The notes below the pieces were generated by a model. That model ran no database searches. It was not told the origin of the DNA and was given only the letters and a program-made list of their open reading frames with translations. Of a DNA stretch of 64,000 bases, positions 20,113-31,332 are shown piece after piece. Within the stretch, counting starts at the first letter, position 1, and each line of letters starts with the position of its first letter. The position numbers were made by a program, and so were the translations under genes. The stretch lies in assembly GCA_963711965.1 (NCBI GenBank), contig CAVQGF010000059.1:1646-65645 (forward strand), given 5' to 3'. The DNA is from an uncultured Acidobacteriota bacterium (lineage in GTDB: Bacteria > Acidobacteriota > Terriglobia > Terriglobales > Acidobacteriaceae).

Positions 20113-21414
20113 ATGTCAGAGATCCAGTTAAGCTCCCTCATCTTTATTCTGCTTTTGATCGTTGGCCTGGCGCAATTGCTGGGCTACTTATTCGTGCGGA
20201 TCCGTCAACCCAAGGTAGTCGGCGAGATTTTGGCCGGAGTGCTGCTTGGCTCGGCGGTGATCGGTCGCACGCCCATCGGCCCGGAGTTCGCCGAGCTAGT
20301 GAAGCAGAACATGACGGTGCTGAACTTCATCTACTGGCTTGGATTGCTGCTGCTCATGTTCCTCTCCGGAGCGGAGACGCAGCAGTTGTTCACGCGCTCG
20401 GAGCGGAAGCAGGTCGGCTGGCTGGTCGGGGTGGGAACCGGACTCCCCTTCGTGCTTGCGCTGGCACTCGGCACCTGGTTGGTATCGCCCGCTATCGCAG
20501 GGCCGAACGGGAGTCGCGCCTCGTTGATCATCATCATGGCCATCGCGGTGGCAGTGACATCGATCCCGGTGATCTCGAAAATCTTCGCGGACCTCAACAT
20601 CCTGAACACCCGTTTCGCGCGGCTGGTGCTGGGAGTGGCGGTGCTGGAAGACATCGTTCTGTGGGCTGCGCTGGCCATCGCGACGGCCATGGCCGGCAAG
20701 GCTGTGCTGCATCCTCGCGAGATGGCATGGCACCTGGGCGCGACGATCGCGTTCTTCGTCCTCGGACTCACGCTGATCCCGCGCGCGGTGAAGCGCTTCA
20801 ACAAGGCGGACATCAACATCCTGGCGCGTACTTCGCCTGTGGCGTACGTGATGGCGGTGCTGCTCGGCTACTGTGCGGTCGCGGGAGCGCTGCAGGTGAG
20901 CATGGTCTTCGCCGCGTTCCTGGCGGGCTTCGCGGTGGTCCACAAGAAGCGGCACCTATTCGACGATTCGCTCGACGCGATCCGCAAAGTCTCGTTCGCC
21001 GTCTTCATCCCCATCTATTTCGCGATCGTAGGTTTGAAGCTCGATCTTGTAAAAGGCTTCTCGCTCACGATGTTGTTGGTGTTCCTGGCGGCAACGTGCT
21101 TCATCAAGATTCTTTCCGTCACCTTCGGAGCGCGGCTGGCCGGATTCCGCGGCTTGGATGTCGTGAACCTGGCGCTGGCGACGAATGCGCGCGGCGGTCC
21201 GGGCATCGTGCTGGCCAGCGTCGCCTACGACGCGGGCATCATTAACGCGACGTTCTACACCACTCTGGTCATTGTGGCAGTGCTGACATCACAGATCGCG
21301 GGCGCATGGCTGGAGTACGTGATGAGGAAGGGGTGGCCGCTGTTGTCGGGATCACCTGTGCCGGTTGTGCCGAAAGAAGAAGTTGCCAGTAGCCGGTTGC
21401 CGGTGGCCAGTTAA
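20113..21414 (+). CDS. Cation:proton antiporter (CPA2/Kef-type Na+/H+ exchanger family)
   Basis: The N-terminus LLLIVGLAQLLGYLFVRIRQPKVVGEILAGVLLGSAVIG is typical of the family, and there are about 12 hydrophobic helices. The C-terminal 10 codons are a GTTGCC-type repeat (21382-21412). Confidence 0.85.
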   Translation: MSEIQLSSLIFILLLIVGLAQLLGYLFVRIRQPKVVGEILAGVLLGSAVIGRTPIGPEFAELVKQNMTVLNFIYWLGLLLLMFLSGAETQQLFTRSERKQVGWLVGVGTGLPFVLALALGTWLVSPAIAGPNGSRASLIIIMAIAVAVTSIPVISKIFADLNILNTRFARLVLGVAVLEDIVLWAALAIATAMAGKAVLHPREMAWHLGATIAFFVLGLTLIPRAVKRFNKADINILARTSPVAYVMAVLLGYCAVAGALQVSMVFAAFLAGFAVVHKKRHLFDDSLDAIRKVSFAVFIPIYFAIVGLKLDLVKGFSLTMLLVFLAATCFIKILSVTFGARLAGFRGLDVVNLALATNARGGPGIVLASVAYDAGIINATFYTTLVIVAVLTSQIAGAWLEYVMRKGWPLLSGSPVPVVPKEEVASSRLPVAS

Positions 21415-21423
21415 GAAGCATGG

Positions 21424-21450
21424 GCCGACGAATCGTTTCGTCGGCTCTTC
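21424..21450 (+). terminator. Stem-loop terminator candidate after the antiporter gene
   Basis: GCCGACGAA-TCGT-TTCGTCGGC (9-bp stem) followed by TCTTCAGTTC. The U-tract is weak. Confidence 0.5.
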
Positions 21451-21498
21451 AGTTCAGCTACTTGTTCAAGAAGCGGTGCGATAGTACCCTCTCAACCC

Positions 21499-23100
21499 AT
21501 GTGGCTGAACCGCCTCGCCGCCTCCCTACTGCTGCTATCTGGTTGCTTGTACTCGCAGCAACCGACGCAAACGACTCCGCAATCGCAAACCTCGATCTCT
21601 GGTTCAACCCTAAGCAGCACCGGACAGCCTCTGAAAGACGTTATTGTCACGGCTTTCAACTCCGATAATCCCAGCCAGCGATTTGCGACTACTTCGGACG
21701 AGACTGGTCAATGGCAGATCAAAGATATTCTGCCGGGCCGCTATTTTATCCATGCTGGCAAGAACGGGTTTTCCACACAAGCCTATGGTGGTCCGCCCGG
21801 ATCGACCTTCGGGTCGTCGATCACGCTGTCACTCGGACAAAAAGTCACCGATATTCAACTTAAGCTGGTTCCCGGAGCGGCCATCGTGGGCCGCGTAACG
21901 GACACGGACGGTGAACCTGTCCTGGGAGTGAAGATACTCATTGCGAGAGGGATCGATCGCGAGGGGGTTCGACATATGTCCTTTGCCCCTTTCACATCCA
22001 CGACGAATGACCTGGGAGAATTTCGCTTTGGAAACCTGCTGCCCGGCGTGTACTTCATTGCTTCGCACGAGAAAAACACTGCTATGCCCGCCGGCATGGC
22101 TGTCCAAAATCCGCGGCACGAGATCTTCGCTCCTACGTTCTACGCAGGTGCTGCCGATCCGCAGTCAGCCGCTCCTATCACGGTACAGGCGGGCGACGAG
22201 GTACGCGCTAACCTGACGATCCAAAAAATCCCAACCTTCCATGTGACAGGCTCCATATTGAGCAAGGAGCAAGCGTGGCGGAGCGCTGTGCTGCGGCCGA
22301 GAAGCCGTGACTTGATCAAGATATTTGAGGAGCGTGCTGCAAGCGTTGGCGAGAAATCTCATTTCGACTTCGAGGGTGTCCCTCCGGGCGAGTACATGAT
22401 CGAGGCGTCCGGATATCAGGGTGATCATCGGCTCGGCGCGTGGGTCCCCATCTCAGTCGTGGGCGCAGATGTTAGCGGTGTGTCCGTCGCACTTGCTGCT
22501 TATCCCGCGATTCGCGGCACGTATCGCTGCGAAGGGAGTTGCGACAAGTCTTCCGTCTCAGATCATTTCCTGCGGTTGGTGCCCGACAACGAAGAAAGCT
22601 TTGGCGCCGCAACAGGAGCAGAAGTTTCCAGTGGCAAGTTCGAGTTCAGCGGGGTCGAACCCGGAGCATATCGCGTTTTCCCATTCGACAAATCGAGTGA
22701 CCATCGTTATACGAATTTCTACCTAAAATCCATCACCGCGAACGGCCAGGACCTGCTGAAGCGCGGGGTCCAGGTGGCGCCCGGAACGAACCTTGTGCTC
22801 GAGGTGGTAGAGAGCAGCGAAGGAGCCCGCTTAAGTGGAACGATCACAGACAAAGAGGGCAAACCTGTTGGCGGCGCGCTGATCGATATCGTTCCCGAGG
22901 CCCGGGACGAGATCCATCGCTACGTCGGCGGCCTCACGGATCGCGAAGGCAAGTTCCTTGTGCAGGGCATTCCGCCCGGTGATTACTTGATCTTCCCCTG
23001 GTCTCCAGAGTCGATCCGCCCGGTTCGAACTATCTTCCAACCATACAGAAGCGCTGTTTTTCCCAAGCGAACGACAGCAAGGCAGAACACGTCCACTTAG
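21499..23100 (+). CDS. Secreted multi-domain CarboxypepD_reg-like protein
   Basis: A signal peptide is followed by repeated beta-sandwich units (ISGSTLSSTGQPLKDVIVTAF...ETGQWQIKDILPGRYFIHA; IVGRVTDTDGEPVLGVKILI...GEFRFGNLLPGVYFIA; LSGTITDKEGKPVGGALIDIV...GKFLVQGIPPGDYLIF). The last ~25 codons look frameshifted, so the true stop may be near 23150. Confidence 0.75.
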   Translation: MWLNRLAASLLLLSGCLYSQQPTQTTPQSQTSISGSTLSSTGQPLKDVIVTAFNSDNPSQRFATTSDETGQWQIKDILPGRYFIHAGKNGFSTQAYGGPPGSTFGSSITLSLGQKVTDIQLKLVPGAAIVGRVTDTDGEPVLGVKILIARGIDREGVRHMSFAPFTSTTNDLGEFRFGNLLPGVYFIASHEKNTAMPAGMAVQNPRHEIFAPTFYAGAADPQSAAPITVQAGDEVRANLTIQKIPTFHVTGSILSKEQAWRSAVLRPRSRDLIKIFEERAASVGEKSHFDFEGVPPGEYMIEASGYQGDHRLGAWVPISVVGADVSGVSVALAAYPAIRGTYRCEGSCDKSSVSDHFLRLVPDNEESFGAATGAEVSSGKFEFSGVEPGAYRVFPFDKSSDHRYTNFYLKSITANGQDLLKRGVQVAPGTNLVLEVVESSEGARLSGTITDKEGKPVGGALIDIVPEARDEIHRYVGGLTDREGKFLVQGIPPGDYLIFPWSPESIRPVRTIFQPYRSAVFPKRTTARQNTST

Positions 23101-23155
23101 ACGCAGGAATCACCAAGAATCTTAATCTTGTCGAAAAGACCGCCGAGTAGCCGGC

Positions 23156-24363
23156 TCAGCTCGGCTCTATCCTCACCAAACAACTGCGGGTGATGCGGTC
23201 GTGCCAGCCCAGGCGGTCTTCGTCGATGAACGACCAGAGGAATCCCAGCCCCAGCGACGCGCAGGAGAGCGCCAAGCCGAGGACGCGCATGCGGCGTTCG
23301 CTCGGCCAAGCTGGTTCGCCGTCGAATGTCTTGATCTCGAGCTGAGCGAATTGCATTCCCAAGGTCTGACCGCGGTGGACCAGGAAGATGTACTGATAGA
23401 GCGTCCAGCAGAGGCAGCTGAGGATTGAAGAGAAGGCGAAGAGCTGCAACCCATTAAGCTCCGGCTTTGCCGCGGCGAAGAATACGCCCAGGAAGAGCGC
23501 GCTGGCGGCGCTGCACACGCATGAGTCGATCACACCCGCTACCGCACGATCAAAGAGGGGCGCGATGGAGAAGGCAACGTCGTCTTCGACGAGATCGAAA
23601 GTCTGGCTGGCAGCGGCTTGGGCAGGAGTCGATCCAGAGCGATATCCGCCAACGGACTCACCTGCGGCAGCGCGAGTTCGGGATCAGCTTCGAGGACTTG
23701 AGTGAGTGTGGCATCCTCGACCGGGTCGGCCAGCGGCTCAGGCAACTGTTCCCAGTATTGCGTGTGGATCTCAGGCGTAGGCTCCCACTCGACCGCGATC
23801 TCAGCTTCAGACATCGCGGCTTCTTCAACCGGCACATCCAGATGGGTCACTGCGGCTTCTAGCGGCGCCTCGACGTGCGCTTCCGCCTCGACGATGCGCG
23901 GCTCTGCCGGAATTACCTCCGCCGCCGCAGCGGCGACCGGCTCAGGGATGGCCCTTGGGAACGCGATGATCTTGGCGACTTCCGGCTCTAAGCGCGGGAG
24001 TGCGCGCAATTCTGCTGAAGCCATGGGCACGGATGAAGCTTCGCGGGAGTCGAAATCAAAACGCATGGAGGCGTGCGCACTTGTCCCGGGACGTCGACGG
24101 CGCGAGCGGAAGTTATTGACGCGCGAGCTGACCTCGGCGCGCCATACCGGCTCGGCATCCTGCGGACGGTAAAACGTTTCCGCAGGCGCAACGGCTGGTG
24201 CAACGGCAGTCGCGGCCTCAGCGGCTGGGGCGGAAAGGGTCGCGGAGAAAATCTCTTCGCTGGAATCGTAATGATCAGGATCGATCAAAACAGATATGTG
24301 CGCACCCGACGAGGTATCACGGGGCAGACAATGGCAATCAGTACCGCAACGCGGACAGGCCAT
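23156..24363 (-). CDS. RDD-family membrane protein with an N-terminal Cys-rich segment and a long Ala/Pro/Glu-rich linker; one frameshift near 23560-23600
   Basis: The N-terminus is MACPRCGTDCHC. The RDD domain spans two frames (FDRAVAGVIDSCVCSAASALFLGVFF ... GQTLGMQFAQLEIKTFDG ... GWHDRITRSCLV). Confidence 0.7.
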
Positions 24364-24453
24364 AGATAGGTTGTGAGAGCAGCCAGAGCATGCGGCGATG
24401 TCGCTAGAACTTTGCTTGCAAAGCTACCGGCGTGCTACCTTCGCCAGTTCGCG

Positions 24454-26844
24454 ATGAATCTCCGCATTCGAATCGTAACCGCGGTCGCAGTCGGTTGTCA
24501 TCTATTTCTGGCGCTGCTGCCCGTTACCAGTCAGACGCCTGCCGCCGAAGGCACCTCGCAGGCGAGCGCGGCTGCGATCCCCGGCGAAGGCGAACCAGTC
24601 ACTATCAAGGCGCGCGAGCAGGAAAAAAAGGGCGACCTCTTCCTGCTGCACGGCGAAGGCGAGATCGACTTCCGCGATTACATCTTCCGCGGCGATGAAA
24701 TCACTTACGACAGCAAGACGAGCGAGGTCACGGCCACGGGACACGTCACGCTCGACGGCGGCCCGCACGACGACCACGTGGAAGCAACTCAAGGTCATTA
24801 CAACCTGCACACCGAGACGGGCACCTTCGAACAAGTCTCGGGGACGATCGGGGTGCGCTACCGGAACGGGCAGACCTCATTCAGCTCGTCGAACCCGGTG
24901 GCATTTAAGGGCCGCACGGTCTCTCGTGATGGACCCGATCGCTACATCATCACGCACGGCAGCATCACCACCTGCAAGCTCCCCAAGCCGAAGTGGAGTT
25001 TCTTCGCGGGCAGAGCTGTGCTCAACGTAGGGGACAAAGCCAAGATCTACAACAGCATCTTCCGCGTGCGCGGCGTTCCTATTTTTTATTTCCCCTATGC
25101 AGAACATCCGGTGGAACGGCTGCCGCGGCAGTCCGGCATTCTGATACCGAGTTACGGCAGCTCGTCGCGCAAGGGCACCGTGCTCAGCGATTCGGTCTAT
25201 TGGGCCATCAACCGCAGCATGGATGCGCAGCTGGGCGGGCAGTACTACTCGAAGCGCGGATGGGGGATCAATTCATCGTTTCGAGCGCGCCCGACGAAAG
25301 ACTCGATCTTCGGCGTCGGTATCTACCAAGTGCTCGACGAAGGTGAACCCGGCACGAATTTCGATCAGGGCGGCCGCGAGATCCGGCTGGGGTCGGAAGC
25401 GCACTTCGACAAGAACACCCGCTTCCTCCTCGCCGGAGATTATTTGAGCTCGTTCGTCTTCCGGCTGGCTTTCGTCGAAAATTTTACCGAAGTGGTGAAC
25501 TCGGAGGTGCGCTCTACCGGATTTGTTTCGCGTAACCAGAACGGGTACTCGCTCAATCTTTACGCGCAACGCTACCAGAACTTTCAAAGCACGCTGCCCA
25601 ACGACAACATCCAGATCCTGCATATCCCCAGCCTTGAAGGCGGAACCGTGGACCGGCGTATCGGGGCGACGCCTTTGTATTGGAACTTCGATGTCGACGC
25701 GGGAGGGCTGGCGCGCCGCGAGCCCCTGTTCGCGACCGCTGATTACGTGGGCCGAGTAGATCTTCGCCCGGAAGTCTCGCTGCCGATCGCATGGCGGGGA
25801 TGGACTTTCCGTCCCGCGTTCGGGGCGAGAGAGACCTACTATTCACAACGGCTCGAACCGGCGGGCGGCATCGTCGGTGCGGCCATCGACCAACCCGTCA
25901 ATCGCCACGATTTCGACACTGAGATCGAGGTGCGTCCGCCGGCATTGAGCCGCATCTTTAATAAAAAAATCCACGGCCGCACGATCAAACACACGGTCGA
26001 AGGACGAGCCGTCTATCGTTATGTGCACGGAGTCGACAACTTCCAGAATGTCATCCGCTTCGATTCGCGCGACATCCTCTCTGACACCAGCGAACTCGAA
26101 TACGGCGTAATCAACCGCATCTACGCCAAGGGCTATCACTGCGAGGCCGTACCGAAGACGGTCAACCTGGGACAAGACAGCCGTAAGATCCGCGATGGTT
26201 TTGAGTGCGGCGAATCTGCGCGCGAGATCGTAAGCTGGGAGCTGGCTCACAAATATTTCATCAATGAAGATTTCGGAGGGGCATTGGTCACCGGCCGGCG
26301 CAACGTGTTCACCACGACGGCCGACCTGACGGGCATCGCTTTTCTCACCGGTCCACGCAGCTTGTCACCCGTGATCTCGCGCCTGCGCGTGAATGTGGGC
26401 CCAACCACCAGCATGAGCTGGAGCCTGGATTACGATCCCGTGACCAGCCGCCTGAATGCCAGCTCGCTGGATTTCAATCACCGCATCGGTGAACTGTTCT
26501 TCAATGGCGGACACGCCTTCCTGCGTGCGCCCGGAGAGATCGCACTCACGGGAACGACGGCTGCCCCCAACCGCTTCAGCCAATATCACGGACTGCTCGG
26601 CTATGGTCATCCCGACAAAAAGGGACTGAGCGCCGCGGTCACCGCGTCTGTGGATGGAGCGCGCGGAGTCATTCAATCCAGCGGCGTGCAAAGCAATTAC
26701 AACTGGGACTGTTGCGGGGTCAGCGTGGAATATCGCCGCTCCGGCCTGGGACCGCTAAAGACGGAGGACCAGGTCCGATTTAATTTCACACTGATCAACA
26801 TCGGGACGTTCGGGTCGTTGTCGCGCAATGACCGCATCTTCTAG
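24454..26844 (+). CDS. lptD: LPS-assembly outer-membrane protein LptD (OstA family)
   Basis: Intact ORF. The OstA-like N-terminal domain reads VTIKAREQEKKGDLFLLHGEGEIDFRDYIFRGDEITYDSKTSEVTATGHVTLDG, followed by a large beta-barrel region. A vicinal Cys pair lies near the C-terminus (NYNWDCCGVSVEY), as in enterobacterial LptD. Confidence 0.85.
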   Translation: MNLRIRIVTAVAVGCHLFLALLPVTSQTPAAEGTSQASAAAIPGEGEPVTIKAREQEKKGDLFLLHGEGEIDFRDYIFRGDEITYDSKTSEVTATGHVTLDGGPHDDHVEATQGHYNLHTETGTFEQVSGTIGVRYRNGQTSFSSSNPVAFKGRTVSRDGPDRYIITHGSITTCKLPKPKWSFFAGRAVLNVGDKAKIYNSIFRVRGVPIFYFPYAEHPVERLPRQSGILIPSYGSSSRKGTVLSDSVYWAINRSMDAQLGGQYYSKRGWGINSSFRARPTKDSIFGVGIYQVLDEGEPGTNFDQGGREIRLGSEAHFDKNTRFLLAGDYLSSFVFRLAFVENFTEVVNSEVRSTGFVSRNQNGYSLNLYAQRYQNFQSTLPNDNIQILHIPSLEGGTVDRRIGATPLYWNFDVDAGGLARREPLFATADYVGRVDLRPEVSLPIAWRGWTFRPAFGARETYYSQRLEPAGGIVGAAIDQPVNRHDFDTEIEVRPPALSRIFNKKIHGRTIKHTVEGRAVYRYVHGVDNFQNVIRFDSRDILSDTSELEYGVINRIYAKGYHCEAVPKTVNLGQDSRKIRDGFECGESAREIVSWELAHKYFINEDFGGALVTGRRNVFTTTADLTGIAFLTGPRSLSPVISRLRVNVGPTTSMSWSLDYDPVTSRLNASSLDFNHRIGELFFNGGHAFLRAPGEIALTGTTAAPNRFSQYHGLLGYGHPDKKGLSAAVTASVDGARGVIQSSGVQSNYNWDCCGVSVEYRRSGLGPLKTEDQVRFNFTLINIGTFGSLSRNDRIF

Positions 26845-26976
26845 ATTGCGGCTCTAAGCTCAGCGGCTAGCGGCGCACTACAAGATCGAGCAGCCGCGGC
26901 TGAAGACGCCCTTCCGAAGAGAAGTCCGTGAGATAATCTGAGCAGCGCGATTCCCGCATAAATACTGAGGTTTTTA

Positions 26977-28029
26977 GTGTCTTTTAGATCGCTGTACGTC
27001 ACTGCTATCCTGCTTTTGAGCGCGAGCTTTTTCTTCGCACAATCGACCGCTGCGCCTGCGACTCCACGTGCAGCAGCGCCCGCCGCGGTTGCTCCTGCCG
27101 CCACCGCGCCTAAGGGAGTCCCGATCTCGCCCGAGCTTACGCGACGAATCGCGAACACCATCCGAAGCTATTATTCCGACAACCTGCCTCCCACGGTCGA
27201 CCTTACCATCGGCGACCGCTACCCGAGCGAGGTGGCCGGTTTCGACATGCTGCATGTGGAATTCAGCCAGGGAGAGCGTCGTCGCACCAACGATTTTCTT
27301 TTGTCGAAAGACGGCAACGCGCTGGTGCGCTGGTTGAAGATCGACGTCTCACCGGACCCGATGTCGCAGATCGACCTGAAAGGGCGGCCGATTCGCGGGA
27401 ACAAGGACGCCAAAGTAACGATCGTGAGCTTTGATGACTTCGAGTGCCCCTACTGCTCGAAGATGCACCAAACTCTTTTTCCCGATCTGGCGAAGACTTA
27501 TGGCGACCGCATCCGCATCATCTACAAGGATTACCCGCTGAATGAGATCCATCCATGGGCGATCCACGCGGCGGTGAACGCGAATTGCCTGGCAGCGCAG
27601 AATGGCAACGCCTATTGGGAGTTCGCAGACCTGGTCCACGCCGACCAGAAGAAGATCGATGGCGACCGCAGCAGCAAAACGAAATCGACGGACGCGCTCG
27701 ACAGGTCCGCAAGCGAGATCGGCAACAAATACTTTGTGAATGCGACCCAACTGCAGCAGTGCATCCAGAAGCAGGATGACACGGCCGTGAAGGCCTCAAT
27801 GGCCGAGGGTGACAAGCTGGGGGTGAACTCGACGCCTACTTTGTTCATCAACGGCGAACGCCTTGAAGGCGCGGCGCCGGAGGATGCTTTGCGCACCGTG
27901 ATCGACCATGCATTAACCGCGGCCGGGGTCGAGCCGCCGCCCCAACCGGTGAAGTCGGCTGCAGAGACGCCGCCTGAGAAGAAGGCGCCCGCCGGAACCA
28001 CAAATGTCGCCGCCCCGGCTAAAAAGTAG
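26977..28029 (+). CDS. Secreted DsbA-like thiol:disulfide oxidoreductase (thioredoxin fold, CPYC)
   Basis: The GTG start is preceded by GAGG. A signal peptide is present. The active site is FDDFECPYCSKMH, and the cis-Pro loop region is GVNSTPTLFINGERL. Confidence 0.8.
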   Translation: MSFRSLYVTAILLLSASFFFAQSTAAPATPRAAAPAAVAPAATAPKGVPISPELTRRIANTIRSYYSDNLPPTVDLTIGDRYPSEVAGFDMLHVEFSQGERRRTNDFLLSKDGNALVRWLKIDVSPDPMSQIDLKGRPIRGNKDAKVTIVSFDDFECPYCSKMHQTLFPDLAKTYGDRIRIIYKDYPLNEIHPWAIHAAVNANCLAAQNGNAYWEFADLVHADQKKIDGDRSSKTKSTDALDRSASEIGNKYFVNATQLQQCIQKQDDTAVKASMAEGDKLGVNSTPTLFINGERLEGAAPEDALRTVIDHALTAAGVEPPPQPVKSAAETPPEKKAPAGTTNVAAPAKK

Positions 28030-28115
28030 CCTCTTAACCAAGCTGGGACGGGCTGGGTCTATCAATCGCAAGTAGCTGATATAATTAGCCTTTCCACCTG
28101 CCGGAGGATTTTGTC

Positions 28116-29188
28116 TTGAGATTCCGTTCCCTGTTCACACGCTCGTCTGCCTCGGCCATAACCGTATTGCTCGTGCTGTGCGTGCTTGCCGGCGTTTGGG
28201 GCTGCCGCAAGAGCGGCGAAGGCGACCAGGCACTCGCCACCGTCAACGGCAAAAAGATCCTGCGCTCTGACGTGGAGAAATACTTCAAGAACCAGACCGC
28301 CAATGCTCCTGTAGCGCCGGAGACCGAGCAGGCCGATAGCCTGCGGTTGCAGATCGTGCGCCAGCTGATCGACGACGAGATCATGATGCAGCGCGCCGCC
28401 AAGCTGAACCTGAACGCCAGCGGACGAAGAGATCGAGTCCAAGCTGAACGACTTGAAAGCGCCTTACACGAAGGAAGAATTCGATAAGCGGCTGAAGGAC
28501 AAGAACCTTACCGTCGAGGACCTGAAAAATGAATTGCGCCGCAACGAGACGGTGCAGAAGGTGTTCAACAAAGAGATCAACTCGAAGATCAACATCTCCG
28601 ACAAAGACATCTCCGATTATTACAACGCGCACAAGGCGGAGTTCAACCTGATCGAGCCGCAATATCACCTGGCGCGCATCCTGGTGACGAACCAGCCGAA
28701 CCCGAACGTCCGCAATCTGAAGAACAGCAAGGCGCAAAGCGAAGCCGGAAGCAAAGAAGAAGATCGATCAGCTGCACTCGAACCTGGAGAGCAACGAAGA
28801 CTTCGGCACGGTGGCGATGAATTATTCGGAAGATCCGGATACCGCTTCTAACGGCGGCGACATGGGCTTTTGGCCTGAGTCGGCACTAAAGCAGCCGGGC
28901 AGTCCCGGGCAGTCAATCATGAACCTGCAACCCGGCCAAATGAGCAACGTGCTGCCGGTGCTCGGTCCGGGCAAAGTGGCCACCGGATACCAGATCATCA
29001 AGTTGCTGGCCAAGGAGCAGGCCGGGCAGCGCGAGATCACCGATCCCCGCGTGCAGCAGAACATCCGTGAGCAATTGCGCCAACGCCGCGAGCAGCTGCT
29101 GAAAGCCGCATATTACGAGGCTTTGCACGATGACGCGCGCATCGAGAACTATCTTGCTGAGGACATTCTGAAGAACACCAGCAAATAA
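28116..29188 (+). CDS. SurA-like periplasmic chaperone / parvulin-type PPIase lipoprotein; two frameshifts
   Basis: GGAGG lies 8 nt upstream of TTG 28116. The lipobox is LAGVWGC. The SurA_N-like helical region reads ATVNGKKILRSDVEKYF. The parvulin core reads HLARILV...FGTVAMNYSEDPDTASNGGDMGFW...GYQIIKLL. Fragments lie in ORFs 28116-28487, 28453-28851 and 28811-29188. Confidence 0.8.
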
Positions 29189-29204
29189 GTGATTCGGAAT
29201 CGAA

Positions 29205-29235
29205 AAGGCCCGGAGCGATCCGGGCCTTATTTCTT
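29205..29235. terminator. Bidirectional rho-independent terminator between the SurA-like gene (+) and the BCCP gene (-)
   Basis: AAGGCCCGG-AGCGAT-CCGGGCCTT with ATTTCTT on the + side and an AAAA run (TTTTCGATT on the - strand) on the other side. Confidence 0.75.
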
Positions 29236-29240
29236 GGTGA

Positions 29241-29738
29241 TCACTCTACGATCGCAAGGCCGTCGCCGGCATTCACTGCGCTGCCCTCCGTCGCAAGGAT
29301 CTTCTGCACCTTTCCTTTTTTCGGCGACTTCATCTCGTTCTGCATCTTCATGGCTTCGATCACGATTACACCCTGCCCGGCTTCGACTTCCGTCCCCTCG
29401 GGCGCGAGCACGCGAACAATTTGCCCGGCATGGGCGAGGTGATCTTCTGCGGACCTTCCCCCGAGCCAGCCCGCGCTTGCGCGCGCGGAACGAACGCGGG
29501 TCGCGGACCTCGACGTCGAAGACCGCATCGCCGATCAGCAGATCGTCGCCGGCAGGAGTGGTCTGGCGTTTGATCTCGTACGACTTGTCCTCCGAGCACG
29601 ACGGAAAGCACTTCCGGCTCGGGCGCGCGACGTCCGGGAGCGAGCTCCTTCCGTCGAGCTGTGACAAGCGGTCTTGTCCTCGCTGCTTGAGATCTCGACG
29701 CGGTGGGTAGTGCCGTCGAGAATGACCTCGTAGATCAT
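29241..29738 (-). CDS. Biotin carboxyl carrier (biotinyl/lipoyl-domain) subunit; several frameshifts
   Basis: The C-terminal biotinyl domain with EAMKMQNE is in ORF 29241-29528. The N-terminus is [16 protein letters not shown] from ATG 29738, which overlaps the upstream stop (ATGA). Confidence 0.75.
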
Positions 29739-31250
29739 TCCGAGCCTCGGAGCGCTTCTTCTCGGGCCAGCTTTTTCCAGTTGGAGACGCCGGCGGGTAC
29801 CGCGGTGCCGTTCTTCGGCTGGTCCCGTTGCCATTGCTCTGGAAGAGAGCGGCGGCGATGGCGGCGACGTTGCGAAGTTCGTCGTTCTTTTTCGCCGCTG
29901 GGGTGCCTTTTCCGAAAGCATGCGATCCAGAAAGCCGGTATCAGATCGCCCTTGGATAAATTCTCGTCGGTCAGGATTCGGCGGAAAAGTCCGAGGTTCG
30001 TCCTGATCCCGCCGACAAAATATTCATTCAGCGCACGCAGCAGCCGGCGGTCGGCCTGTTCGCGCGTGGGCGCCGTAGCCGATGAGCTTCGCGAGCATCG
30101 GATCGTAGTCGATGGGGACGGTCCAGCCTTCGTACATGCCGCTGTCGCGCGGATGCCCGGTCCGGAAGGCGCGAGCAATCGCGTGATCTTGCCGGGCGAC
30201 GGGAAGAAATTGTTGTCCGGATCTTCGGCGTAGATGCGGCACTCGATGGCATGCCCGCGGGGCTTGACATCTTCCTGCGTGAACGGAAGCTTCTCGCCGG
30301 CCGCAATGCGAATCTGCAGGTGCACCAGGTCGAGTCCCGTGACCAACTCGGTCACGGGATGCTCCACTTGCAAGCGCGTGTTCATCTCGAGGAAATAGAA
30401 ATTGCGCTGCTGGTCGACGAGGAACTCGACAGTGCCGGCGTTCGTAGTATCCGGCGGCTTTGCCGACGCGCACCGCGACTTCGCCCATGCGGCGCGCGCA
30501 TGTCGGGATCGACGAGCGGCGACGGAGCTTCTTCGACCACCTTCTGATGGCGGCGCTGCACCGAGCACTCGCGCTCGCCCAGATAGACGCAGTTGCCGTG
30601 CTCGTCGCCGAAGATCTGCATCTCGATGTGGCGCGGGATTCTCGATGAACTTTTCGATATAGACTTCGCCATCGCCGAACGACCGCAGCGCCTCGCTGCT
30701 GCGCGCCTTCGAAGGCGGACTGCAGTTCCGCGGCGCATGCGCACCAGCCGCATGCCTTTGCCACCGCCGCCGGCCGCCGCCTTGAGCATCACGGGATAGC
30801 CGATCGAGGCAGCGACCTGCTTCGGCCTCGTCTACGGTCGATTCCAGCCTGCGAGAGCCGGGCACGAAGGACGCCGGCCTTCTCCATGGCCTGGCGCGCG
30901 CGGGTCTTCGAGCCCATCAAGTCCATGGATTCGGCGTCGGGCCGATGAACACGATCCTGCTTTCCGGCAGGCGCGCGCAAAGGCGGCGTTTTCGGAAAGA
31001 AATCCGTAGCCGGGATGGATGGCGTCGGCCCGCAGCGCTTGGCGACATCGAGATCTTGGCGATGTTCAGATAGGACTCGGACGCCGCCGCCGGGCCGATG
31101 GGATAAGCCTCGTCGGCCTTGCGCACGTGCAAGCGCCGCGCGGTCCACGTCGGAATAGACGGCGACCGAGGCGATACCCATCTCGCGGCAGGCGCGCATC
31201 ACGCGCACGGCGATCTCTCCGCGGTTGGCGATCAGGATCTTCTTGAACAT
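29735..31250 (-). CDS. accC: Biotin carboxylase subunit of acetyl/acyl-CoA carboxylase; at least eight frameshifts
   Basis: Recognisable blocks include [110 protein letters not shown] and [12 protein letters not shown]. They are scattered over ORFs 30789-31268, 30382-30792, 30024-30764 and 29735-30865. Confidence 0.88.
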
Positions 31251-31332
31251 TCGCTGCTGGAACAACATTCGATTCTAAATGAATGAAGTACCTAGTACTT
31301 GGTCGCTTGGTACCTGGAAACAGCGCGCAAGC

